From the NCBI GenBank assembly GCA_963771175.1, contig CAVYSY010000026.1:96001-160000 (forward strand): a DNA stretch of 64,000 nt. The letters are read 5' to 3'. The notes under the pieces are model-generated. The model made no database searches, was not told where the DNA came from, and saw only the letters and a program-made list of their open reading frames with translations. The DNA comes from an uncultured delta proteobacterium. Its GTDB lineage: Bacteria > Myxococcota > Myxococcia > Myxococcales > Myxococcaceae. The position numbers and the translations under genes were made by a program. Each line of letters starts with the position of its first letter. The stretch's first letter is position 1. Shown one piece after another: positions 21,081-30,857 of the stretch.

Positions 21081-21668
21081 ATGAACCGCTTCATCGCCGT
21101 TGCTTCGTTGTTCGCCGCTGCTCAGGCGTTCGCCGCCGAGCCGTCCGCCACCGTCAAGGTGGAGCCCAAAGCCGCCTTCGAGCGGATGAAGTCGCTCGCT
21201 GGCGAGTGGAAGGGTCAGGCGGGCCATGGGGAGCAGACGTTCCCCGCGGTCGTGACGTACAAGCTCGCGTCCAACGGCTCGGTCGTCATGGAGACCCTCA
21301 TGCCGGGCACTCCGCACGAGATGATCTCCATGTACCACCTCGATGGTGGGGAGCTCGTGATGACGCACTACTGCGCCATGGGGAACCAGCCGCGGATGAA
21401 GCTGGACACCACCGCCTCCACCCAGGACGAGCTGAAGTTCGCCTTCGTGGGCGGCACGAACCTGGATCCGGCGAAGGACGGCCACATCCACGCCGGCGCG
21501 CTGAAGTTCGACGGCGCGGCGCTGCTCGCCGACTGGACCTTCTGGGCCGGTGGCAAGGAGCAGGGCCACAACAAGTTCAACCTCAAGCGCTCCAATGGCG
21601 CCGCCGTCGTTGCTCCCGCCGCGCCCGCCGCCAGGCCGGCCGCGGCGCCCCAGCCGAAGCACCACTGA
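21081..21668 (+). CDS. secreted hypothetical protein
   Basis: Signal peptide ending AFA; AFERMKSLAGEW, EMISMYHLDG, THYCAMGNQPRM; high GC3. Confidence 0.75.
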   Translation: MNRFIAVASLFAAAQAFAAEPSATVKVEPKAAFERMKSLAGEWKGQAGHGEQTFPAVVTYKLASNGSVVMETLMPGTPHEMISMYHLDGGELVMTHYCAMGNQPRMKLDTTASTQDELKFAFVGGTNLDPAKDGHIHAGALKFDGAALLADWTFWAGGKEQGHNKFNLKRSNGAAVVAPAAPAARPAAAPQPKHH

Positions 21669-21738
21669 CAGGCTCACCCCGTCTTCCTAGCCGCCAACCT
21701 GAAACAGCATCGGCGGCTCGGGTACGCCCTCGGGGAGC

Positions 21739-22992
21739 TCAGCCCGCGGTGTAGAGGCGGCGGTGCTCGCGGATCTCCGCGAGGCGGAACTCGCCCGGTG
21801 CCGGAGTCAGCGACTCCGGCGCGTCCGAGGGGAGACGCATGATGCGCTCGTACTCCTCAATGGAGACGCGCTCCCGCTTCGCGAGCACCGCCTCCACGTC
21901 CGTCTGGGCCATCCGCCGCGCGGCCCCCTCCCCCACCACGCCCGAGTAGAACTCCGAGCAGCAGCCGCTGCCGTAGGAGAGCAGGCCGATCCGCTTGCCG
22001 GCCAGCTCCGCGGCCTCGCCGTGCAGCAGGCCCGCGAGCGCCAGGTACAGCGAGGCGGTGTACACGTTGCCGATGCGGGAGTTGAGCCCCAGGGACGAGG
22101 CCACCTGCGCCTCGTAGCTCGCCGAGGACTTCGCCGCCTCCTCGCGCGCCGCCGGAGTGCTGGCCTGGGCGCCCGGCGCGTCCTCCAGGTCGCACAGCCG
22201 AAGCTGCGTGTGCGCCTTGCGCGCCATCTTGCAGAAGGGCACGTGGTAGAGGATGCGCGCGAGCTGCTCGCCCGGGAGCGTGTCCCCCCAGCGCACCACC
22301 TCGTGCGCCAGCGCGCGCTCGCGCCAGCCGCGGTACGCCCCCGAGAGCGCCTCCAGGTAGCAGTTGATGGAGTAGTGCCCGTCCACCACCGCCTCCCGCC
22401 GGCCGAGCGGCCGCCAGAAGTCGTACACGTCCATGGTGCAGACGCCGTTGAGCCCGATGTCCATGGCCAACAGGTCCGGCTGCTCCGAGACGAGCAGGGC
22501 CACCGCGCCGCCGCCCTGCGTCGGCTCGCCCGCGGTGTTCAGCCCGTAGCGGGCGATGTCCGAGCAGATGACGATGGCCGAGCGGCCCGCGCCCGCGCCC
22601 GAGGCAATCCACTCCACGGCCGCCATCAGCCCCGCGGTGCCGCCGTAGCACGCGTGCTGGGCGTCGAAGGTCCGCATCGACCGAGGCAGCTTCAGCATCC
22701 CCTGGACGTGCGAGGCCACCGCCTTCGAGTGGTCCACGCCCGTCTCGGTGCCCACCACCAGCATGCCCACGCGGGCCGGGTCCACCGCGTGGCGCTGGAG
22801 CAGCCGGGACGCGGCGCTCGCGGCGAGCGCGACGGAGTCCTCCCCCGGGTCCGCCACCGCCATCTCCTTCGCCCCCAGGCCCGAGGTGAACTTGGCGGGG
22901 TCCACGCCCCTCGCCCGGGCCAGGTCCTCGATATCCACGTAGCGGCGGGGCACCGCGATGGCCAGCGCTTCGATTCCAACCTGCTTCTTCAT
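21739..22992 (-). CDS. mvaS: HMG-CoA synthase
   Basis: GTET, QHACYGGTAGL (catalytic Cys), GEPTQGGGAVA, YHVPF, GNVYTASLY, SYGSG. Confidence 0.95.
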   Translation of the reverse strand: MKKQVGIEALAIAVPRRYVDIEDLARARGVDPAKFTSGLGAKEMAVADPGEDSVALAASAASRLLQRHAVDPARVGMLVVGTETGVDHSKAVASHVQGMLKLPRSMRTFDAQHACYGGTAGLMAAVEWIASGAGAGRSAIVICSDIARYGLNTAGEPTQGGGAVALLVSEQPDLLAMDIGLNGVCTMDVYDFWRPLGRREAVVDGHYSINCYLEALSGAYRGWRERALAHEVVRWGDTLPGEQLARILYHVPFCKMARKAHTQLRLCDLEDAPGAQASTPAAREEAAKSSASYEAQVASSLGLNSRIGNVYTASLYLALAGLLHGEAAELAGKRIGLLSYGSGCCSEFYSGVVGEGAARRMAQTDVEAVLAKRERVSIEEYERIMRLPSDAPESLTPAPGEFRLAEIREHRRLYTAG

Positions 22993-23046
22993 GGGAATTC
23001 CTCGCTTCTGCTCGGGTGGGGGGAGCTGCTCGGACCGCCGATGGGC

Positions 23047-24087
23047 CTACTGTCCCTCGGGGGGCACCAGCACCAGCCGTCCCGCCACCTCGCGGTTCTC
23101 CAGCCGGAAGTGCGCCCGCGCGGCCTCGGCCAGCGGGACCGTCTCCGCTACGAAGGGGCGGATCTTCCCCTCGGCCACCAGCCGGAGCGACTCGTCCAGC
23201 TCCTCGCGCGTGGTGGCGTAGGCCCCGAGGATCTCCAGCTCCTTGACGATGACCAGACCCGGGTTGAGGTTCACCGAGCCCGTCTCCAGGTTGCCCACCA
23301 CCACCACCCGGCCGCCCGGCGCCATCGCCTTCAGCGTCTGCTCGAAGGTGGCGCTGCCGACGATCTCGATGGCCACGTTGACGCCCTCGCCTCCCGTGCG
23401 CTTGCGCGCCTCGGACGCGAAGTCCAGCCCACGCGAGACGATGACCTCGTCCGCTCCCGCCTCGCGCAGCGCCTGCACCTTGGCCTCACCGGACGTCACC
23501 GCGATGACGCGCGCCCCGTCCAGCTTCGCGAGCTGCACCGCCGCGAGTCCCACGCCTCCGCTGGCTCCGGTGATGAGCACCGTCTCGCCATCGCGCACGC
23601 GCCCCCGCGTCCTCACCGTGTGGACCGCGGTGCCCAGGGTGCAGCACACCGTGGCCGCTACCGGCCAGGGCAGCCCCTCGGGCACCCGGCCCAGCCCCGC
23701 CACGGGCGCCGTCATGTACTGCGCGTAACCGCCGGAGATCTCCTCTCCGAAGAAGCGGTTGTCCTTCTTGCACAGGCTGTTGCGACCGCTCTTGCACAGG
23801 GCGCACTCGCCGCACGAGAGCCGCTGGAGCGTGGCCACGCGATCCCCCACCTTCCACCCGGGCGTGTCCGGGCCCACCTCCACCACCTCGCCGGCGGCCT
23901 CGTGACCGAGGATGGCGGGCACGTGGGTGCGCGGCAGGTTGCCCCGGCGGTTGATGACGTCGTGGTAGCAGACGCCACAGGCGTGGACGCGGATGAGCAC
24001 CTCGCCCCGCCCCGGCTGGGGGTTGGGCATGTTCTCCATCCGCAGGTTGCTGGCCGCACCAAACTCACGCAGAACGACAGCCTTCAT
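23047..24087 (-). CDS. aibC: Zn-dependent MDR-family dimethylacrylyl-CoA reductase
   Basis: CGVCYHD, GHEAAG, CGECALC..C, GASGGVG; position in the aib operon. Confidence 0.88.
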   Translation of the reverse strand: MKAVVLREFGAASNLRMENMPNPQPGRGEVLIRVHACGVCYHDVINRRGNLPRTHVPAILGHEAAGEVVEVGPDTPGWKVGDRVATLQRLSCGECALCKSGRNSLCKKDNRFFGEEISGGYAQYMTAPVAGLGRVPEGLPWPVAATVCCTLGTAVHTVRTRGRVRDGETVLITGASGGVGLAAVQLAKLDGARVIAVTSGEAKVQALREAGADEVIVSRGLDFASEARKRTGGEGVNVAIEIVGSATFEQTLKAMAPGGRVVVVGNLETGSVNLNPGLVIVKELEILGAYATTREELDESLRLVAEGKIRPFVAETVPLAEAARAHFRLENREVAGRLVLVPPEGQ

Positions 24088-24118
24088 CCGAAGACTCCCT
24101 GAAAATAAAGACGGTGTG

Positions 24119-24859
24119 TCAGGCCCCCACGAGCTGGTCGCGGAGTCCTTGGGGATCGATCGCCCGGATCGCCGAGACGGTGCGCGCATCCGGGAGCGGG
24201 GTGACGGGTAGCGGCTCCTCCACCTGGAAGGGGAAGCCGGTGCGCGCGCTGATGTCCTCGAGGCTCGCCCAGGGGTGACGGGCGAGGAGCCGGGCCCCGC
24301 TGGCCCCGAGCTCGAAGATGCCGAGGTCGGAGATGAGCTTCACCGGACGCTGCTCGTCGCGCGTGGTCGCCACCTGCACCTCGGGCACGAGGTTGCGGCG
24401 CGACTGGCGCGGCACCAGCAGCACCGGCCGACGCACCCACCGCCGCAGCGTGGCCGCGCCCGCCACACCGGGGAACTTGCTCCGAGGCCGCTCCAGGCTG
24501 CCCGAGGCCGTCATGTTCGTCCGCCCCTGGGCATCCACCTCCGCGGCCCCGAAGAAGACGGTGTCCACCCTCCCCCGCCGCGCATGGTCGAAGAGATCGG
24601 GAATGGTGATCTCCGCCGAGCGTCCCTCCAGGTAGCCGAGGTCCTCGGACGAGGGCAACAGCCGGGGAATGTCCGGATCCAACGAGCCGACGCACGCCAG
24701 GTACGTCAGTCCGGGCGCGTGCGTGGCCCGGGCCACGGCGATGGCGAGGATGGCCAGCGGCGAGGCGACTCCGGTGGCAACCACGGCCCCGTCATCGATC
24801 TCCTGGGCGAGCAGCGAGACCACCACCTCGGCGGGGGTGACGGAAGACTCCGCGCTCAT
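24119..24859 (-). CDS. aibB: 3-methylglutaconyl-CoA decarboxylase subunit B (CoA-transferase beta fold)
   Basis: ATGVASPLA, FGAAEVDAQGRTN, FPGVAGA; operon context. Confidence 0.88.
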   Translation of the reverse strand: MSAESSVTPAEVVVSLLAQEIDDGAVVATGVASPLAILAIAVARATHAPGLTYLACVGSLDPDIPRLLPSSEDLGYLEGRSAEITIPDLFDHARRGRVDTVFFGAAEVDAQGRTNMTASGSLERPRSKFPGVAGAATLRRWVRRPVLLVPRQSRRNLVPEVQVATTRDEQRPVKLISDLGIFELGASGARLLARHPWASLEDISARTGFPFQVEEPLPVTPLPDARTVSAIRAIDPQGLRDQLVGA

Positions 24860-25656
24860 GCCGCACTCCGTGTCTGGAGAAGGGAGTTCAGGAACTCCGC
24901 CTCGCGCCCGGCCTCGGCCAGCGAGAGGTAGTCCGCCAGCATCGCGTCGTCGTGCGGGTACAGCCCGATGCAGCCGGTGGGGAGCGCGCCTTCTCGCGCC
25001 AGCGCGACGCGCTCCACCTGGAAGCCCGGAATCGTCACCCGAGGCAGCCGGGACACGCGCTCCTCGGCCGTCGCCAGCACCCGGCGGGCCGCTCCGGCCA
25101 CGAGCAGGTCCGTGGTGGGGTCCTCGATGAAGAGGTTGCCCCGCTCGTCCGCGGCGCGTGCGTGGATGAGCGCCACGTCCGGGTAGAAGGCCTGCTCGAC
25201 CGGCACGGACTGCCCGGTGAAGGGATCCACGACGACCTGGAGCGGCTCGGCCTGGGCCAGCTCGGACACGTCCGCGTCCGGCGCGGGCAGGAACGGCACC
25301 CCCATGGCCGCCGCGCGCAGCCGCTGGACGACGCGGTAACCGTCATGCTCGCGCCAGGAAATGCGCCCCTGCTCGATGGCCCTCTTGAGGCACGGCATCG
25401 AGCGCACCCGGCCCTCCAGGTTCAGCGCGCCGAAGGGGAACTCCACCCGCGACAGGCACCCACCCGCCACCAGGAACTCGGCGGGCAGCGGGTTGGGCAG
25501 CGAGATGAGCTTGAGGTCCTTGCGGCCTTGGGCGATCAACTCCAGCACCATCGCCATGGGCGCGCGGCCCAGCATGAAGCCCCCGGTGGCCAGCCACGCC
25601 CCGTCCGGGATGGAGGCCACCACCTCGGCCAGCGAACCCCAGCGACCGGGCTTCAT
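24856..25656 (-). CDS. aibA: 3-methylglutaconyl-CoA decarboxylase subunit A (CoA-transferase alpha fold)
   Basis: GGFMLGRAPMA, RLRAAAMGVPFLP, PDVALIHARAADERGN; operon context. Confidence 0.88.
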   Translation of the reverse strand: MKPGRWGSLAEVVASIPDGAWLATGGFMLGRAPMAMVLELIAQGRKDLKLISLPNPLPAEFLVAGGCLSRVEFPFGALNLEGRVRSMPCLKRAIEQGRISWREHDGYRVVQRLRAAAMGVPFLPAPDADVSELAQAEPLQVVVDPFTGQSVPVEQAFYPDVALIHARAADERGNLFIEDPTTDLLVAGAARRVLATAEERVSRLPRVTIPGFQVERVALAREGALPTGCIGLYPHDDAMLADYLSLAEAGREAEFLNSLLQTRSAA

Positions 25657-26321
25657 GACCCCTCCCCCACCGCGGCGGGAGGCACGATCGACAGCATGGG
25701 AGCACCCGTCGGGGAGGCGGCCAGCGTCGCGGGGGAGACCAATCCGGCGAAGAGCAGGTCCACCATGCCGTCAGAGACCTGCTCGGCCGAGAGCCGCCCG
25801 TCGGGCTGGAACCACTTGTAGATCCACAGCACCATGCCGAGGAACGAGAACGCGGCGACGGTGGGCTGCACGGGGCGGATGCGCCCCAGGCGCACGGCCT
25901 CGGAGAACGAGTCCTCGAGGAACCGGACGTAGCGCTTCTTGCGGCTGTCGATGAAGGCGCGGGCCTCGCCGGTGAGCGTGGCGTGCTCGTGGAGGATGAT
26001 GATGACCTCCTTGCTGCACCCGCCCGTCACCAGGTGGATGTTGAGCCGCATGCACTCGCGCAGCCGCTCGACGGGGTCGGCGATGTCCCGCACCTTCTCG
26101 AGCACCACTTCCTCGAAGGCGGACATCCCGTAGCTCATGATGTCGAAGAGGAGCTGCTCCTTGTTCTGGACGTGGTGGTAGAGCCCCGCCTTCGTCATCC
26201 GGCACGCGGCGGCGATCTCCTGCATCGAGGTGCCCTCGTAGCCGCGCTCGCAGATGAGGCGCGCCGCCGTCTCCAGGATGGCCCGGTAGCGCTCGTCGCT
26301 CTTGTGCCCCGAATGCGTCAC
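25653..26321 (-). CDS. aibR: TetR-family regulator of alternative isovaleryl-CoA biosynthesis
   Basis: ERYRAILETAARLICERGYEGTSMQEIAAACRMTKAGLYHH, closely resembling M. xanthus AibR; first gene of the operon; GTG start after GGAGG. Confidence 0.92.
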   Translation of the reverse strand: MTHSGHKSDERYRAILETAARLICERGYEGTSMQEIAAACRMTKAGLYHHVQNKEQLLFDIMSYGMSAFEEVVLEKVRDIADPVERLRECMRLNIHLVTGGCSKEVIIILHEHATLTGEARAFIDSRKKRYVRFLEDSFSEAVRLGRIRPVQPTVAAFSFLGMVLWIYKWFQPDGRLSAEQVSDGMVDLLFAGLVSPATLAASPTGAPMLSIVPPAAVGEGS

Positions 26322-26362
26322 GTGTCCTACCTCCCGGTCGGCCGCATGCCCCAAGGGCGACC

Positions 26363-26378
26363 TACCGACCGGTCGGTA
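26363..26378. promoter_or_regulatory. probable AibR operator
   Basis: Perfect 16-bp palindrome TACCGACCGGTCGGTA about 40 bp upstream of aibR; degenerate copy CCTACCTCCCGGTCGG at 26326-26341. Confidence 0.75.
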
Positions 26379-26535
26379 AAGTGCCGAGACCGACGCGAGG
26401 CGTCAAGGCGAAAGTCACTCGGGGAGCCGGGAAGCCCGGCGGCTTCCTCCTGCACCGAGAGGGCGGGGGCCCGCTGCATGGAGAGCACCCACATGACCAC
26501 TTTCGTCACGCCAGGGGTCTGGCAGGAGGTGGACG

Positions 26536-26889
26536 ATGGTCCTCGGAGTGAAGACGCGGCTCGTGCTGGCGGGTGCGGTGCTCGGGGCGGCGCTGATGGC
26601 GCTGGCGACGGCGGACGCGCAGATCGATCCCTCGACCGGTGCGCCCACCACACCGGGAGTGCCCCAGACGACCCCGGGGGTCTCGCCCACGCCGGGAACG
26701 ACCCCCGGAACCACTCAACCAGACCTCTCGGGACTCAATGCGGATGCGGGCCTCGGGGGCTCCGGCTCGATGATGCCCCCGTCGACCTACCCCTCGCTCT
26801 TCGGAGAGGACGCGGGATTTGGCGGCACCGGCTTCTCTCCGTACTCGCCTTTCGGGGGGTCGGATGCCGGAACCGGCCTGGGATTCTGA
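26536..26889 (+). CDS. small secreted Thr/Pro/Gly-rich protein
   Basis: Signal peptide ending ADA-Q; TTPG repeats; DAG motifs. Confidence 0.6.
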   Translation: MVLGVKTRLVLAGAVLGAALMALATADAQIDPSTGAPTTPGVPQTTPGVSPTPGTTPGTTQPDLSGLNADAGLGGSGSMMPPSTYPSLFGEDAGFGGTGFSPYSPFGGSDAGTGLGF

Positions 26890-26890
26890 G

Positions 26891-27385
26891 CTACCGGCGG
26901 CGAGGGGTCTTGCGCGTGGGACGGCGGGTCGCGGCGGGCTTCTTCTCACCGCCCTCGCGGTCCCAGGTGCCAGAGCGGCCGCCGGACTTGTGGTCCAACT
27001 GCACGCGCTCCATCACCATGCCGCGGTCCACGCTCTTGCACATGTCGTAGACCGTGAGGGCGGACGCGCAGGCCGCCGTGAGCGCCTCCATCTCCACGCC
27101 CGTGCGGTCCACCGTCCGCACCGTCGCGCGGACTTCCAGCCCGGCCTCCACCGGGGTGAGGTGGACCTCTACCCCGGAGAGAGCGATGGGATGGCACAGC
27201 GGGACGATGTCCGGGGTGCGCTTGGCCGCCATCACCCCCGCGAGGCGCGCGGCGGCCAGCACATCCCCCTTCTCCACCTTGCCCTGGAGGATGCGCTCCA
27301 GCGTCGCGGGAAGCATGCGCAGGAGCGCGGTGGCCACCGCCACGCGCTCCGTCTTCTCCTTCCCGCCCACGTCGACCATCTTCAT
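26891..27385 (-). CDS. moaC: cyclic pyranopterin monophosphate synthase
   Basis: MVDVGGK, KGDVLAAARLAG, PLCHP, TGVEMEALT, YDMCKSVD, KSGG. Confidence 0.95.
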   Translation of the reverse strand: MKMVDVGGKEKTERVAVATALLRMLPATLERILQGKVEKGDVLAAARLAGVMAAKRTPDIVPLCHPIALSGVEVHLTPVEAGLEVRATVRTVDRTGVEMEALTAACASALTVYDMCKSVDRGMVMERVQLDHKSGGRSGTWDREGGEKKPAATRRPTRKTPRRR

Positions 27386-28571
27386 CGTTTCATCGCCTCC
27401 GCGACCGCGGCGAGCAGGTCGTCCGCGATGTCATCTGGATCCTCCAGGCCCACCGAGACGCGGATGAGGCTCTCGCCGATGCCGGCGGCCTGCCGCTCCT
27501 CGGGCGTCATGCGGCGGGCGCTCGCGCTGGCCGCGTGCATCACCAGCGTGCACACGTCCCCGAGCGACGGGGCCGCCCGAGCCAGCTTCACCGCCTCCAG
27601 GAAGCGGAAGCAGTCGGGCCGGCCCGCGCCCTTGATGTCGAAGGCCACCATGCCGCCGAAGCCGCCCTCCAGCACCTGACTGCGCCACCGCGTGGTCCGG
27701 GTGGCCCGGCAGGCCCGGGTAGTGGACGCGCTCGACGAGCGGCGATCTCGGAAAGCCGCTTCGCCACGTGGGCCGCGTGCTCGCAGTGGGCCTTCATGCG
27801 CACCGGCAGCGTGCGCACCCCGCGCAGGGTGAGCCACGCCTCGAAGGGGCCCAGCACATCACCGGCGAAGAGGCGCGCGGCCCGCAGCGGCGCCATCTTC
27901 TCGCGGCTGCCGCTCACCGTGCCGCCCAGCGCGTCGCTGTGCCCGTTGAGCCACTTGGTGGTGGACTGCACGGCGTAGTCCGCGCCCAGCTCGCACGCCC
28001 GCTGTCCGTAGGGCGAGGGGAAGGTGGCATCCACCGCGAGCGCGGCGCCCACTTCCCGGCATGCCCGCGACAGGGCCCGGATGTCCGGCACGCGCAGCAG
28101 CGGGTTGGTGACGCTCTCGGCCAGCACCAGCTTGGGACGCAGGGCGACGATGCGCTCGGGCGCCGAGGCGTCGGCGAGGATGAGCGCCTCGATGCGCACC
28201 CCGGACCGCGCGGCCAGGTTCTTGAAGAGCGAGCGGGTGACGCCGTAGCCGTCCGCCGGCATCACCACCACGTCGCCGGCCTTCAGGTTCATCACCTCGA
28301 AGACGGCCCGGAGCGCGGCCATGCCGCTGGCGTAGGCCACGCAGGCCTCCGCGCCCTCCAGCGCCGCCACCGCCTCCTCCAGCAGGGCGGCGTTGGGAGC
28401 GGCGATGCGCGAGTAGACGTAGTCCTTGCCATCCAGCGCCGCGTCCAGCTCGTCGCTGCTGTCGAAGAAGCTCACCGCCGACACGTGGATGGGCGGCACC
28501 ACCGGCTGGGACTTGCTGCCCGTCAGTTGCGAGCCCGCGTGTACCGCCACCGTCTTCCGCTTGTTGCTCAT
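27382..28571 (-). CDS. Cys/Met metabolism PLP-dependent enzyme (cystathionine gamma-lyase/synthase family), frameshifted near 27680-27750
   Basis: YSRIAAPN, ASGMAA, ESVTNP, QSTTKWLNGHSD (PLP lysine), SLGDV, IRVSVGLED. Confidence 0.9.
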
Positions 28572-28595
28572 GGGTGTTTGCGCGTCCCTGGTGGC

Positions 28596-29555
28596 CTACT
28601 CGCCCTCTTCGATGAGCCAGCGCTCGGCGTCGATGGCGGCCATGCAGCCGGTGCCCGCCGCGGTGATGGCCTGCCGGTAGTAGCTGTCCTGCACGTCGCC
28701 GCAGGCGAACACGCCCGGGATGTTGGTGCGGGTGCTGCCCGGCACCGTCTTGAGATAGCCGGTCTGCTGCGTCTCCAGCACGCCCTGGAAGAGGTGCGTG
28801 TTGGGCGTGTGGCCGATGGCCACGAACAGGCCCGTGGCCGCCACCAGCTTCGTGTCCCCCGTCTTCAGGTTGCGCACCACCGCGCCCGTCATCCCCTTCT
28901 CGTTGCCCACCACCTCGTCGACGGCGCTGTCCCACAGGAAGGAGATCTTCGGGTTGTTGCGAGCCCGGTCCTGCATCACCTTCGAGGCGCGCAGGGTGTC
29001 GCGCCGGTGCACGAGGGTGACGCTGTTGACGATCTTCGCCAGGTAGTTGGCCTCCTCCATGGCGGTGTCGCCGCCGCCCACCACCAGCACGTCCTGCTTC
29101 TTGAAGAAGGCGCCGTCACAGGTGGCGCAGGCGGACACACCCCGGTTCTTGTAGGTGTCCTCGCCCTTCACGCCCAGCCACTTCGCGCTCGCCCCCGTGG
29201 CGATGATGACGGTCTCCGAGTAGCAGCTCACGCTCTCGCCCTGGATGAAGAAGGGGCGCTTGGAGAAGTCCACCTTCACCACGTTCTCCATGTGGATGAC
29301 GGTGCCGAAGCGCTCGGCCTGCTTCTGGAAGCGCTCCATGAGCTCGGGGCCGGTGATGGCCTCGGGGAAGCCGGGGTAGTTCTCCACGTCGGTGGTGGTC
29401 ATCAGCTGGCCGCCGGGCACGCGCTGAGCGTCCTCGAGCGTGGGGCCACCGGAGAACATGACCGGCTCCAGGTTGGCACGCGCGGCGTAGATGGCCGCGG
29501 TGTAGCCCGCGGGCCCCGAGCCGATGATGGTCACCTTGTTGATCTTCTCCGCCAC
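28596..29555 (-). CDS. trxB: thioredoxin reductase
   Basis: IIGSGPAGYTAA, GGQL, SACATCDG, GGGDTAMEE, QAITAAGTGC. Confidence 0.95.
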   Translation of the reverse strand: MAEKINKVTIIGSGPAGYTAAIYAARANLEPVMFSGGPTLEDAQRVPGGQLMTTTDVENYPGFPEAITGPELMERFQKQAERFGTVIHMENVVKVDFSKRPFFIQGESVSCYSETVIIATGASAKWLGVKGEDTYKNRGVSACATCDGAFFKKQDVLVVGGGDTAMEEANYLAKIVNSVTLVHRRDTLRASKVMQDRARNNPKISFLWDSAVDEVVGNEKGMTGAVVRNLKTGDTKLVAATGLFVAIGHTPNTHLFQGVLETQQTGYLKTVPGSTRTNIPGVFACGDVQDSYYRQAITAAGTGCMAAIDAERWLIEEGE

Positions 29556-29633
29556 GGGTCGTCGCTCCTGTTTCTCGAAGATGGGGCGCCACCGTACCAG
29601 AGCCCTCCGGGACGTGGTACGAACTGGCGCCAC

Positions 29634-30092
29634 ATGGATGCCTCGCTCCTCAAGAAGGTTGCGCTCTTCGAGGGCCTCACCCAGAGTCAGCTCCACCGCG
29701 TGGCGTCGATCGCCCGCCCCCGGGGCTACGAGGCAGGGGCCTGCCTGTTCCGCGAGGGAGACACCGGCCGGGAGATGTTCATCATCCTGGAGGGCAAGGT
29801 CCGCATCTCCCAGCAGGTGCCCGGGATGGGCGAGGAGGCACTCGCCATCCTGGAGAAGGGCCAGTATTTCGGGGAGATGTCGGTCATCGAGGACATCCCC
29901 CGCTCGGCGGATGCCTTCGCCCACACCTCGTGCACGCTGTGGGTCATCGAGCGCGAGCAGCTCGACCAGCTCATGTTCACCGACAAGGACCTGGCCTACG
30001 TGCTGCTGTGGACCTTCGTCCGCACCCTGTCCGAGCGACTGCGCGAGACGAACGAGAAGGTGAAGACCTTCCTGGCGCTCGCACGCTTCTGA
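29634..30092 (+). CDS. cyclic-nucleotide-binding domain protein
   Basis: LFREGDTGREMFIILEGKVRI, GQYFGEMS, PRSADA. Confidence 0.9.
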   Translation: MDASLLKKVALFEGLTQSQLHRVASIARPRGYEAGACLFREGDTGREMFIILEGKVRISQQVPGMGEEALAILEKGQYFGEMSVIEDIPRSADAFAHTSCTLWVIEREQLDQLMFTDKDLAYVLLWTFVRTLSERLRETNEKVKTFLALARF

Positions 30093-30106
30093 GGGCCCGC
30101 CAACCC

Positions 30107-30844
30107 TCACCGACTCGGAGCCAAGGGGATGTCCCAGGGCTGGAGTGGCTTCAGCAGCCCGGCCCGCTCCAATACTTCCGCGACCTGGTTGGCCAGCTCC
30201 ACGTGCGCGGGATTGCTCGCGGTGAAGCGCTCGGGAGTGAGGACGACGAGCGTGCCCTTGTCCTCCACCGGCTCGACGTGCACGGGGGCTGGCAGCGGCG
30301 GCACCGGGCCCCGGCGATGGGAGAAGTACATCACCCAGCCTGGGAACGTGCCCACCTTGGTGGCCTTCAGCACCTGATCGCGGTGAACATGAGAGGTCGC
30401 AATGCCCCACTCCGGATCCCAAGACAGAACCATCGCGCGAAGTATCTGGGTGAGAACAGGGGCAGACAACACTCGCTCCGCGACAGGGCCTTCCGAGGGC
30501 GGCCTGAGCACGCATGTGCTGGGAACAATCTGGGACGAAGATCCGCAGGAAAATCGGAGCGTGCTGTCGTCAGCACTGCTCTCTCCATTCCAGGCACTCA
30601 CGGAGAAGCCACCTTTAACCCCCTGAGAGTCTTCCCTGCCGAACATCTCCAGAAATGTCGTGGCATCGGGCTCGAAGCGAAGCTTCAGTGCATCCTCACG
30701 CGAGTACGCCTTTTCAAACCACTGGGTAAAGGTCGGATCGCAACGGGACAGGAGGCGGAAGAAAGATTCCGCGCGACGGGCGCATACCTCGGCCGATTCC
30801 TTCCGGCCAAGCCAGTAGCTGCCTGCATAGTAGGTCTCGCTCAT
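30107..30844 (-). CDS. immunity protein Imm52
   Basis: MSETYYAGSYWLGRKESAEVCARRAESFF, WDPEWGIATS, GWVMYFS, VPPLPAPVHVEPVEDKGTLVVLTPERFT; follows the toxin gene. Confidence 0.85.
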   Translation of the reverse strand: MSETYYAGSYWLGRKESAEVCARRAESFFRLLSRCDPTFTQWFEKAYSREDALKLRFEPDATTFLEMFGREDSQGVKGGFSVSAWNGESSADDSTLRFSCGSSSQIVPSTCVLRPPSEGPVAERVLSAPVLTQILRAMVLSWDPEWGIATSHVHRDQVLKATKVGTFPGWVMYFSHRRGPVPPLPAPVHVEPVEDKGTLVVLTPERFTASNPAHVELANQVAEVLERAGLLKPLQPWDIPLAPSR

Positions 30845-30857
30845 TCGGAACTCTTCC

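Noticed and set aside
21739..26321. HMG-CoA synthase cluster as a novel polyketide beta-branching system
   Set aside because: Gene content and order match the characterised myxobacterial aib operon; no ACP or KS genes are present.
26891..29555. trxB and the PLP lyase as dedicated parts of the selenoprotein system
   Set aside because: They are 10 kb away in an ordinary housekeeping operon. TrxB has a standard CATC site with no Sec, and nothing in the sequence links them to the cassette.
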